A stretch of DNA of 64,000 nucleotides from Promethearchaeota archaeon (lineage in GTDB: Archaea; Asgardarchaeota; Lokiarchaeia; Sigyniarchaeales; SOKP01): contig JBHLLU010000002.1 of NCBI GenBank assembly GCA_048938895.1, positions 32,001 through 96,000 on the forward strand, given 5' to 3'. This document shows, one piece after another, positions 11,188 through 19,750 of this stretch (positions within the stretch are counted from its first letter, which is position 1; each line of letters starts with the position of its first letter). The notes beneath the pieces were generated by a model. That model was not told the origin of the DNA. It worked only from the letters and a program-made list of their open reading frames with translations, and searched no databases. A program made the position numbers and the translations under genes.

Positions 11188-11262
11188 ATGTTTAATAAGT
11201 CTCTCTCTAACAAATTGGTATTGTTATTACTGAGTTTAGTAGTAGTATTATTATTACTCTAA
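11188..11262 (+). CDS. Putative 24-aa Leu/Val-rich leader peptide MFNKSLSNKLVLLLLSLVVVLLLL
   Basis: Translated by hand; the last 15 codons are 10 Leu, 4 Val and 1 Ser. It is followed by alternative pairing segments and a T-tract. Confidence 0.5.
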   Translation: MFNKSLSNKLVLLLLSLVVVLLLL

Positions 11263-11403
11263 ATCAAGAGAGACGAACCTGATTCTTTTTTTGATATAAC
11301 TTTTCTCATGGATTTGTTCTCTCTTGAAGTCCAGAGGATTCCATCTAAAAAAGAAAATTATGGTTCACAATAACAATGTAGAAAGAAAAAAGGAGGTGAA
11401 AAA

Positions 11404-11562
11404 ATGGAGGAAACCGAAGAACAGTTGATAATAAAAACTACTGTTAAGAAAGAAGAAATTGATTGGGCTAAGTACCTTGACCATACTAAATTTCTTCAAC
11501 CTGCAGAAATGAATAATTATTCCCAAGAACGCTTTAAACGGGATTATGAAGAACTAGGATAA
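11404..11562 (+). CDS. Small 52-aa hypothetical protein (MEETEEQLIIKTTVKKEEIDWAKYLDHTKF...)
   Basis: Not in the ORF track (<60 aa); perfect SD AGGAGGTGA at 11391-11399. Confidence 0.65.
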   Translation: MEETEEQLIIKTTVKKEEIDWAKYLDHTKFLQPAEMNNYSQERFKRDYEELG

Positions 11563-11726
11563 TTTTATTATCTTAATATATTTTATAGCTATATCTCATT
11601 CTTATTATTAAATTATATAATAAATCTTTATAAAAATAATAAATTCTTTAATTTAGTAGATTTACTTCTATTAGTTTTACTTACAAATTTGTATCAAGAT
11701 TTTAAAAATAATTAAGGAAAATTACA

Positions 11727-13448
11727 ATGAAAGATTTAATCATTAAAAATGGCCTGGTTTACGATCCTCTGAATAATATCGATGGGGAAAAGAAAGATAT
11801 CTATATCAAAGATGGAGTCGTTGTAGACAAGGTTAATAGTGATGCAAAGGTTATTGATGCCTCAGGAATGGTTGTGATGCCTGGCGGAGTTGATATACAC
11901 TCCCATATAGCTGGTACAAAAGTAAATGCTGGACGACAATTTCGACCTGATGATAAATTGGAGGAATTTAATGAAAAGCGAACAAAAATAACTCGGAGTG
12001 GCACAGGTTGGTCAGTTCCATCAACTTGGGCTACAGGATATCGATATGCGCGCCTTGGATATACAACCGTTGTAGAGCCCGCTATGCCAATGTTGAAAGC
12101 TCGCCATACTCATGAAGAGTTTTTAGATATGCCTATTATTGACAAAGCAGCTTTTCCTTTATTCGGAAATAATTGGTTCGTAATGGAATTTATAAAAGAA
12201 AAGAATTATGATAAGCTTGCTGCCTATGTTTCATGGATTTTAAAAGTTACTAAAGGTTATGCCGTTAAAATAGTAAATCCTGGAGGAGTTGAAAATTGGA
12301 CCTGGGGAAAGAATGTTAATTCCATAGACGACCACGTTTTTCACTTTGATGTCTCACCTAGAGAAATTCTAGAAGGATTATCAACGGTTAATGAAAAACT
12401 CGGATTACCCCACACAATACATGTTCATGCAAATAATTTAGGGCATCCTGGTAATAAAAAGCATACTCTTGAAACATTTGAAGCTGTAGGAAAAATCAAA
12501 CCAAAAAAAGGAAGAGATTCTGCTTTACATTTAACCCATTGCCAATTTAATGCTTATGGAGGTACAAACTGGACTGATTTTGAGTCTGGAGCCGCGGATA
12601 TTGCTGAATATTTAAACAAACATAATCACATTACAGTTGATGCGGGGCAAGTAATATTCGGTAAAGCAGCTACTACAACGATGACCGCAGACGGACCTTG
12701 GGAATTTGCACTCCATCATATTGGTGGAACTTCTGTTTGGGGCAACCGTCCAGGAATAAAGTGGATTAATGGGCAAGTAGAAGGTGAATCAGGTTCAGGG
12801 ATTGTACCATATTTCTTCTCACCAAAAACGGCAGTGAATGCAGTACAATGGGCAGTTGGACTAGAACTTATGCTCTTAATCAAAAATCCATGGCAAGTAT
12901 TTCAAACTACTGATCACCCGAATGGGGGACCATTTACATCTTATCCTCAAATTGTTCGTTGGCTTATGGATAAGAAGTCTCGAGATGATGTACTTTTAAA
13001 TCAATGCTCTAAAAGAGCAACAGAGAAAACCCAGTTAAAAGATATTGACCGAGAGTTTACATTAAACGATATATGTATTGTAACTCGAGCAGGTACCGCA
13101 AAATGCTTAGGAATGACAGATAGAGGTCATTTAGGCAAAGGAGCAATAGGTGATGTTGCAATTTATAAAATAAATCCTGAAGAAACAGACGGATACGAAA
13201 TTGAAAAAGCATTTTCATTAGCAGCTTATACAATAAAAGATGGAGAGATTGTTGTAAAGGATGGGGAAATTACAGCTACTCCGATGGGTACAACGATTTG
13301 TTCTGAAGGAAAGGTTAAGGATGAAATCATGAAATCTATGCTTGAAGATGTTAAATCTCATTGGCGCGATCATTATAGCATTAACTATGCCAATTATGCG
13401 GTTCATGATGCGTATGCTCCTAAAGTAAAAATTATGAATGGAGTTTAA
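11727..13448 (+). CDS. fwdA: Formylmethanofuran dehydrogenase subunit A (amidohydrolase)
   Basis: PGGVDIHSHIAG, GYTTVVEPAMP, KIVNPGG, HVHANNLGHPGN, TTDHPNGGPF. Confidence 0.95.
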   Translation: MKDLIIKNGLVYDPLNNIDGEKKDIYIKDGVVVDKVNSDAKVIDASGMVVMPGGVDIHSHIAGTKVNAGRQFRPDDKLEEFNEKRTKITRSGTGWSVPSTWATGYRYARLGYTTVVEPAMPMLKARHTHEEFLDMPIIDKAAFPLFGNNWFVMEFIKEKNYDKLAAYVSWILKVTKGYAVKIVNPGGVENWTWGKNVNSIDDHVFHFDVSPREILEGLSTVNEKLGLPHTIHVHANNLGHPGNKKHTLETFEAVGKIKPKKGRDSALHLTHCQFNAYGGTNWTDFESGAADIAEYLNKHNHITVDAGQVIFGKAATTTMTADGPWEFALHHIGGTSVWGNRPGIKWINGQVEGESGSGIVPYFFSPKTAVNAVQWAVGLELMLLIKNPWQVFQTTDHPNGGPFTSYPQIVRWLMDKKSRDDVLLNQCSKRATEKTQLKDIDREFTLNDICIVTRAGTAKCLGMTDRGHLGKGAIGDVAIYKINPEETDGYEIEKAFSLAAYTIKDGEIVVKDGEITATPMGTTICSEGKVKDEIMKSMLEDVKSHWRDHYSINYANYAVHDAYAPKVKIMNGV

Positions 13449-13580
13449 GATTCTTTTTTCTTATTTCATTCAATTTGCCTATACTTTTTTTATAAAAAAT
13501 ACACAATTATTCCAATCACTTTTTTAAAAGAGAAAAAGTATTAGTACTTCATATATAATTGTAAAAACATAGGTTTTAAC

Positions 13581-13874
13581 ATGCATAATGAAGATTTAAT
13601 GAAACTTTTAGCAGCTCTTGGGGCAATAATAAGTTTAATAGACGCTTTATTGGGTTTTGATGACAGAAATTTAGACAATTCAAAAATAATTTTGCTAGTA
13701 CTTTCAATTACTTTAGCAGCAATAATTTTAATAAGTATAATTCTACCCCATAAGTTTATGGAATTAAATTGGATTATCTGTGTAGTAATAGGTATTATAA
13801 TGATAATTTATACTAGTTTAATAGGCGGAATTCTCGTTTTAGTTGCGGGATTTGTAGGATATACCGAAAGATAG
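13581..13874 (+). CDS. Small membrane protein
   Basis: 97 aa with 3-4 hydrophobic segments and C-terminal IGGILVLVAG. Confidence 0.7.
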   Translation: MHNEDLMKLLAALGAIISLIDALLGFDDRNLDNSKIILLVLSITLAAIILISIILPHKFMELNWIICVVIGIIMIIYTSLIGGILVLVAGFVGYTER

Positions 13875-13969
13875 TTAAGATAATTCTTAATTTCATAGTA
13901 ATCGCATAAAATTGAAACCGTCATTATTATATGGCTTTTTATTTAAATGCCAAAAAGAACAATTCGGTA

Positions 13970-15235
13970 TTATATCCATTCCAATATTGAAGAACATCCC
14001 AGACCTTCCTTGTTTTCAACCCTACCGTGAACTAAAAAGGTATCGCCTTTATATCCACACTCAGGGCATTTATTTCTTGAAACAATCTCAACGATGTCAT
14101 CAACAATTATAGCATGGTTTACTGAGGCCTCAACGCCAAATGGAGTTAGCACTTCCAGAAGTCCCCTATCTCCTGCTTTTTTTAATGGTTCAAGGTCTGT
14201 TATATCCCTGACAATAATTCTAGCTTGAGATGGACAATGAAATATAAAATCTTGATATTTATCTGACCAGTGGCTCCCAAAAGTTATTGGCGTTTCGGTA
14301 AAACCATACATATCAGTAATTCTATCAGAGCTAGTCCCAAATGATTCCACACAATCAGAAACAAATTTTACTTTATCTATTGGAGGATATTTTAATTGTG
14401 ATTTATGTCCATCCCATCCTCCACCTCCAAAATTTACCACACTGTTGGGTAAATTAAATTTCAGATCCTTTTCTTTCATGATAGTATTCATGAACGTGTT
14501 TAATAATTGAAGACTCCCTCCAAATGAGATATGTTTCTGTTTTTCCAACGGTTTTTCTAAATTTTTTCTTACATGCTTAATCACATATTTTGAGTTTACA
14601 CCAAAAGCACCAACTAGACTTCGCTTTTTAATTATTTCCTTAAACGCTTTTAGAATAAAAAATTTAATCAAAAATTTTGGATTCGACATTCTTGTTGAAA
14701 TTTCATGCAAAATACTTCCATATAGTTTGATCGGTCTTACTTTCGTATACCTCATAGCAATTCGGTTTAAGAACTTAACACTAGGGGCGAAATCAAATGA
14801 AATTGTATTAAACCATTCATCTTGAGGAATTGGAATGAATTCATAAATACATTTGATAGTCATACTTGCTAATAATTCAATATCGTCTTTTGAACGTCCT
14901 ACTAAAGAAGCATCCCCTGATGTACAAGATGAGACATTCCATAGTTCAAACTTAGGGGAATATAAAGGTATTTTTAAGAATTTTTTAAACTTTCCTGCTG
15001 ATTCTTTGAAAAGATGTGCGGAGATATAAGGTATGGACGCTAAATCATCAATATTATTCAAATCACTAATATTAAAACTATTTTTTTTTACCAAATCCCT
15101 ATAATAAGCATTAAATCCAATAGCTTCTTCAGTAATTTCGCGCATTAGATTTACGAACTCTTGGCTATTATAATCTGTATTTATGATTTCTCGTATTTTT
15201 TCATCATCAACAATTTCGCTACTTAACATTATCAA
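13970..15235 (-). CDS. LuxE/PaaK-like acyl-protein synthetase (ANL superfamily)
   Basis: IPYISAHLFK, SSCTSGD loop, GGGGW, DMYGFTE, IIVRD, DDIVE and C-terminal GR...GLGCS carrying the LuxE-type acyl-acceptor Cys. Confidence 0.78.
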   Translation of the reverse strand: MIMLSSEIVDDEKIREIINTDYNSQEFVNLMREITEEAIGFNAYYRDLVKKNSFNISDLNNIDDLASIPYISAHLFKESAGKFKKFLKIPLYSPKFELWNVSSCTSGDASLVGRSKDDIELLASMTIKCIYEFIPIPQDEWFNTISFDFAPSVKFLNRIAMRYTKVRPIKLYGSILHEISTRMSNPKFLIKFFILKAFKEIIKKRSLVGAFGVNSKYVIKHVRKNLEKPLEKQKHISFGGSLQLLNTFMNTIMKEKDLKFNLPNSVVNFGGGGWDGHKSQLKYPPIDKVKFVSDCVESFGTSSDRITDMYGFTETPITFGSHWSDKYQDFIFHCPSQARIIVRDITDLEPLKKAGDRGLLEVLTPFGVEASVNHAIIVDDIVEIVSRNKCPECGYKGDTFLVHGRVENKEGLGCSSILEWI

Positions 15236-15321
15236 TCACTTTTGAATCGATCTAAATCTTTAGTAATACTTGTAATAATTTCTTGAATTTATTAATTATA
15301 CTTATTTTTTTTCCAAATAGG

Positions 15322-16161
15322 TTAAATGAAATTAAATCCTGCGTTCTTGAAAGAGGTAATTAATTCTTGATTCATACTTACCATTGCTTCTGACGGATAT
15401 CTGAGTTTAAACAAGAATTGAGCATGATTCTTTATATCTAATCTTTTAATTCTTTTTTTAGCAAGTTTTAGCCATCTATCTCCTTGTTGTTTACTAGATT
15501 CTATTACTTCAATATAAGCTTTCGTGAAATATTGTTCCGGATCTTCATCAAAAGGGCCATATTTATCACTATAAGCTTTCTCGATTTCAGAATCGCTTAA
15601 AATACTATATTTTTCCCTATGGGTTATAACATTTCTATCTAGTTTTGGTATAGTATTTGGGGTAGATTCAGGATAGCCTATACATAGAAGCATCATAGGG
15701 AGCACTAATTTTGGTATTGAAAAATTTTCTCGAATTTCATCAATTATTCCCTGAATTGAACCTACATAAACTGATCCAAGGCCAAAGCTTTCTGCTGTCA
15801 TAACTACATTTTGAGCAGCACACATTAAATCTGCATATGCAATAAGAAAGTGAGAGAGTGCATTTTCACCTTGAAAGTCAGTATCAGACAATGCAGCCCA
15901 TTTCTTTATTCTATTAAAATCAATGCAGAAAATCATTGATAAAGGGGCATTTTTTACCCAAGGTTGTGACCCTATCATTTTTCCTAAATATTCTCGACCT
16001 TCTGCAGTTTGAATTGTAATTATAGATAGGGGTTGAATATTTCCCCCTGAAGGGCAATTGTTTGCAGCATCTAGCAATTTATCTATAAGATCTTGCGAAA
16101 CTTCTTGATTTTTATATACTCTTACAGATCTTCTTTTGATCATTAAATCATAAACACTCAT
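15322..16161 (-). CDS. NfsA/Frp-type nitroreductase (flavin reductase)
   Basis: RRSVRVY, PSGGNIQP, QPWV, FCIDFNR, AAQN, AESFGLGSVYVG, LCIGYP. Confidence 0.9.
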   Translation of the reverse strand: MSVYDLMIKRRSVRVYKNQEVSQDLIDKLLDAANNCPSGGNIQPLSIITIQTAEGREYLGKMIGSQPWVKNAPLSMIFCIDFNRIKKWAALSDTDFQGENALSHFLIAYADLMCAAQNVVMTAESFGLGSVYVGSIQGIIDEIRENFSIPKLVLPMMLLCIGYPESTPNTIPKLDRNVITHREKYSILSDSEIEKAYSDKYGPFDEDPEQYFTKAYIEVIESSKQQGDRWLKLAKKRIKRLDIKNHAQFLFKLRYPSEAMVSMNQELITSFKNAGFNFI

Positions 16162-16249
16162 AGGTATGAATGATTCTAAGTAGCTTATAAATTTATGACA
16201 TTGTAAGTATGAATAAAAAACTCAATATTAGCAAAAGAATTTTTATTGG

Positions 16250-16384
16250 CTAGTTAAATATAGAGCAGTTTGAAATTGTTTCCTTCACTTCTGGAAATTC
16301 ATTTTCTTTATCCAATTTTGATTGTCGTTTATTTTTAATTGCATAATAAACCAAACAAACAGGTCCTATTTTCAGTTTGATCAC
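16250..16384 (-). CDS. Possible 44-aa small protein (MIKLKIGPVCLVYYAIKNKRQSK...)
   Basis: GTG-started open frame with a TATA-like TTTATAAT about 25 nt upstream; no recognisable motif. Confidence 0.25.
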   Translation of the reverse strand: MIKLKIGPVCLVYYAIKNKRQSKLDKENEFPEVKETISNCSIFN

Positions 16385-16498
16385 TCTTTATTTCGAACTA
16401 TTTTTAATTATAAATATGATAAGAACAATAAAAGAAATCAGTAGACTAATTTTTTATTTTTTTTAGAAAGATATTGAAAATTAGAAAATAAATGATGA

Positions 16499-16580
16499 AG
16501 CCAGCGGTGGGATTTGCACCCACGATGCCTAATGGCAACGGCTCTGCAGGCCGCCTCCTTAACTACTCGGATACACTGGC
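16499..16580 (-). tRNA. tRNA-Cys (anticodon GCA) with long variable arm; CCA not encoded
   Basis: GCCAGTG/CGCTGGC acceptor stem plus U73; D arm TCC-GAGTAGTTAA-GGA; anticodon arm GCGGC-CTGCAGA-GCCGT; variable arm TGCC-ATTA-GGCA; T arm GTGGG-TGCAAAT-CCCAC. Confidence 0.93.
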
Positions 16581-16733
16581 AATAATAAGAATAACTTCTA
16601 TTTGAGTATCATTCAATTAGATATTAATATTTATTCTTGCTTTTTTTTTAGCTTTTCTATTTACAGACTTATTATCACAACTTATATTTGAATATATTAT
16701 TATTATGTAGAAAATAAATTGAAGAAGGATTTA

Positions 16734-17021
16734 TTAACCTCCGGCAATTGCGGGAACGAAAAAAATTTCATCATCTTGTTTCAATTTTGTATTAAGCCCA
16801 TCTAAAGCACGGATATCTTTGCCATTTACCGTAATTAATACATATTTACTCAAATTGGCCGAATTTTTAAAAATTTGCTCTTCAAAAGCCTTTCCATATT
16901 TTAGAACAAGTTTTTCTAGCAAAATTCTAATATCTGAATTATTTTCTAAAGAAAAGATTAATTCTTCTTTATCGGTAATATCAGTCAATATTGAAAAGAA
17001 ACTGATTTTTACATCAACCAT
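16734..17021 (-). CDS. MoaD/ThiS/SAMP ubiquitin-like sulfur carrier
   Basis: Beta-grasp pattern, ITVNG, DEIFFVPAIAGG with C-terminal diglycine. Confidence 0.92.
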   Translation of the reverse strand: MVDVKISFFSILTDITDKEELIFSLENNSDIRILLEKLVLKYGKAFEEQIFKNSANLSKYVLITVNGKDIRALDGLNTKLKQDDEIFFVPAIAGG

Positions 17022-17139
17022 AACTAATCAATGAAATGTTAATATATACCTTTATAAATGTAATTAATAAACTTAATATTTTAGATTATAAATATTAAAT
17101 TCTAATGTTGTAAGTGATAATTCCAAATAAACAAAACAA

Positions 17140-18090
17140 GTGAATATTATTAAAAAAGAAATTCTTAATATTGGTCATCTTTCAACAGCGTATCATACCA
17201 ATTTTATATTAATGGGGGATGATAAGTTAGAAAAAGATTTAGGCGTAAATGTCAATTGGTCATTGTTTGGTACAGGTCCTCTAATGGTTGAAGCGTTTAA
17301 AAGAGGAGAACTGGATGTGGGGTATATGGGGCTACCTCCTGCGATAATTGGTATAGATAATGGTGTTCCAATTAAATGCGTTGCAGGGGGTCATGTAGAA
17401 GGCACTATAATGATTGGAAAAAAGAAATATATGCCAATTTCAAAATTTAATGGTGAGATTTCAGATGTTCTCTCTCAATTCAAGGGTCACGCAATAGGAA
17501 CTCCAAGTGTGGGCTCTATTCATGATGCAATTCTCAATTATTATTTAGAAAAATATAATATGAAAGAAGAGGTTGAAGTAGTGAATTATAAACAAGCTGA
17601 ATTCATAGCACTGGATATGAAAAAAGGAAAATTGGAGGGAGGCGTAGGAACTCCTGCTTTGGCAGTTTTTGCAGAAACTATCTTAGATTCTCATTTAATT
17701 ATTCCTGCTCATTATTTATTAGCATACAATCCTAGTTATGGTATTTTCTTTCATGAATCGATTATTGAAGATTATCCTGAATTCGTCACAATATTTCTTA
17801 AGCATCATAAAAGAGCGTCATATTTACTCCGAGAATCTCAAGATGAGGCGGCAGAAATAATTGGAAGAACATTTTCGATTCTTAAGAACAATATTCCTTA
17901 TGTAAAGGCTGTCCTTGAAATTTCATCTAAATATTGTATAGCCCTTTCTGAAGGATATTTAAAATCAACTGATGGCTTTATAAATACAATGTACAATCTC
18001 GGTTATATAAAAGAAAGACTCACCCGAGATAAAATTTATAATTTTAAGTTCGTTACTGATGTACATCCAGAAAACGAGCACTATAAATGA
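17140..18090 (+). CDS. SsuA/TauA/NMT1-like periplasmic-binding-fold protein without signal peptide
   Basis: FGTGPLMVEAFKRGELDVGYMGLPP and IGTPSVGSIHD; no hydrophobic N-terminus. Confidence 0.8.
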   Translation: MNIIKKEILNIGHLSTAYHTNFILMGDDKLEKDLGVNVNWSLFGTGPLMVEAFKRGELDVGYMGLPPAIIGIDNGVPIKCVAGGHVEGTIMIGKKKYMPISKFNGEISDVLSQFKGHAIGTPSVGSIHDAILNYYLEKYNMKEEVEVVNYKQAEFIALDMKKGKLEGGVGTPALAVFAETILDSHLIIPAHYLLAYNPSYGIFFHESIIEDYPEFVTIFLKHHKRASYLLRESQDEAAEIIGRTFSILKNNIPYVKAVLEISSKYCIALSEGYLKSTDGFINTMYNLGYIKERLTRDKIYNFKFVTDVHPENEHYK

Positions 18091-18100
18091 ATACTCCAAT

Positions 18101-18466
18101 TTATAATGAGATAATAAGTTGCCCTTCTTCTTGATACTTCAATAATAGGTCCGCAACTACATTTGATTCGACTAGCTCTATCCCATTTATTAATTCCGAT
18201 TTATCTAAACCAATAAGATTGGCCGCAAGATCGCAACATTTAAAATGTATCCCAAGTTCAAGACATTCCTGTATTTCTTCATCATATCTCATTCGACCAA
18301 CTTTATTTTTCTTACCAAGGATGATTCCCATTGGTCCCCATAAAACAACGGTAACATCAATTTGTTTACTTTTATAATACTTAGCAAATCGAATTATTTC
18401 TAATGGGCTAGTTGATTCATATATCATATCTTTAAGTAATAATAATGCTTTTGTTACCTTTCCCAT
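18101..18466 (-). CDS. DsrE-family protein (sulfur relay)
   Basis: VTVVLWGPMG, FKCCDLAA, ELINGIE pattern of the DsrE/F fold. Confidence 0.72.
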   Translation of the reverse strand: MGKVTKALLLLKDMIYESTSPLEIIRFAKYYKSKQIDVTVVLWGPMGIILGKKNKVGRMRYDEEIQECLELGIHFKCCDLAANLIGLDKSELINGIELVESNVVADLLLKYQEEGQLIISL

Positions 18467-18687
18467 TTGATTTGAACAACTCTTTTACAAACTTTATTTA
18501 AGTATAACTTATAGGATATTTATCAAATTAATATAAATTTTTCTTTAATGACACATAGAGTATTATTATAAATCATTAAAGTAAAAAATAAATGTCTCAA
18601 AATCTATTTCTTTCTTTAGAAGTTATAATATAGAAAAATCTTCAGCTTCTTTTTTGAAAAAGAATAGAGAATAAAGATTTGATTTTT

Positions 18688-19497
18688 ATGTCATTTACTC
18701 ATGAACAAATAGAAAGGTATTCCCGTCAAATAGTCTTAAAAGAGATAGGAGGAATTGGTCAGGAAAAGTTATTAAAATCGACGATTACCATAATTGGTTG
18801 TGGAGGATTAGGTTCTCCTGTGGCTTATTATCTTACTGCAGCAGGGATAGGAAAATTAAAACTTATAGATTTCGATGTGGTTGATCGTTCAAATTTACAT
18901 AGACAAATCCTTCATTTTACTAATGATATTGGTAAGAAAAAAACAAAAAGCGCAATGGAAAAATTACATAAATTAAATCCTGATGTAGAAATTGAAGTAA
19001 TTAATGAAATTTTATTACCAAATAATATTAAAGGGATAATAAGGGGTTCTGATTTTGTTATAGATGGCTCTGACAACATACCTACAAAGATGCTCATAAA
19101 TGATGCATGCATTCAATTGAATATACCCTTTTCCATTGCAGGAGTGGTACGATTTAATGGACAAATCATTACTGTGAATCCTAATGAAAAAACTGCTTGC
19201 TATAGATGTGTTTTCGGGGATATAACTGAAAATAATTCTACCATGTCATGTTCTCAAGCAGGAGTAATCGGATTGATTCCTGGTATAGTCGGATCTATTC
19301 AAGCTAATGAAGCAATTAAAAGCATTTTAAATATTGGGGATTTGATAACCAACCGCATGCTTTTTTTGGATTTACTTAAATATAGGTTTAGCTTCATAGA
19401 TGTAACCCGAAATGAAAAGTGCTTAGCATGTGGGAATAACGCTGTAGACTTAGTTGATACACACGATTATAGGATAGGTGATGCATGTTTTGAATAG
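18688..19497 (+). CDS. moeB: MoeB/ThiF/UbaA E1-like adenylyltransferase
   Basis: RYSRQI, IGCGGLGS, DFDVVDRSNLHRQ, DGSDN, CYRC, CSQAGV, CLAC. Confidence 0.93.
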   Translation: MSFTHEQIERYSRQIVLKEIGGIGQEKLLKSTITIIGCGGLGSPVAYYLTAAGIGKLKLIDFDVVDRSNLHRQILHFTNDIGKKKTKSAMEKLHKLNPDVEIEVINEILLPNNIKGIIRGSDFVIDGSDNIPTKMLINDACIQLNIPFSIAGVVRFNGQIITVNPNEKTACYRCVFGDITENNSTMSCSQAGVIGLIPGIVGSIQANEAIKSILNIGDLITNRMLFLDLLKYRFSFIDVTRNEKCLACGNNAVDLVDTHDYRIGDACFE

Positions 19498-19750
19498 CAA
19501 AGTAGGAAATAATGAACAGATCCATAGATTAGACATTAGAGGAAAGGTTTGTCCAATGACGTTTGTCTATACAAAATTACATTTGGAAAAAATGAATACA
19601 GGAGAGTTATTGGAGGTTATATTGGATTTTCCCGCAGCTGTAAAAAATATTCCAGATAGCTGCAAACGTCAAGATCTAGGAGAAATTGTTGATATAAGAG
19701 AGATTAATGAAGCAAAAAAGGAATGGATGCTTATAATCAAAAAATTATGA
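19478..19750 (+). CDS. tusA: TusA/SirA sulfurtransferase
   Basis: LDIRGKVCPMT motif, GELLEVILD. The true start may be TTG 19490 after SD AGGTGA. Confidence 0.9.
   Translation: MMHVLNSKVGNNEQIHRLDIRGKVCPMTFVYTKLHLEKMNTGELLEVILDFPAAVKNIPDSCKRQDLGEIVDIREINEAKKEWMLIIKKL

Noticed and set aside
11461-11510. AKYLDHT resemblance to the DeoC N-terminus (pseudogene)
   Set aside because: Only a 7-residue match, with no continuation in any frame.
13970-16161. Bioluminescence (lux) operon
   Set aside because: No luxA, luxB, luxC or luxD in the window.
16400-16730. tRNA as an integration site for a mobile element
   Set aside because: No integrase, and I found no duplicated tRNA 3' end in the window.
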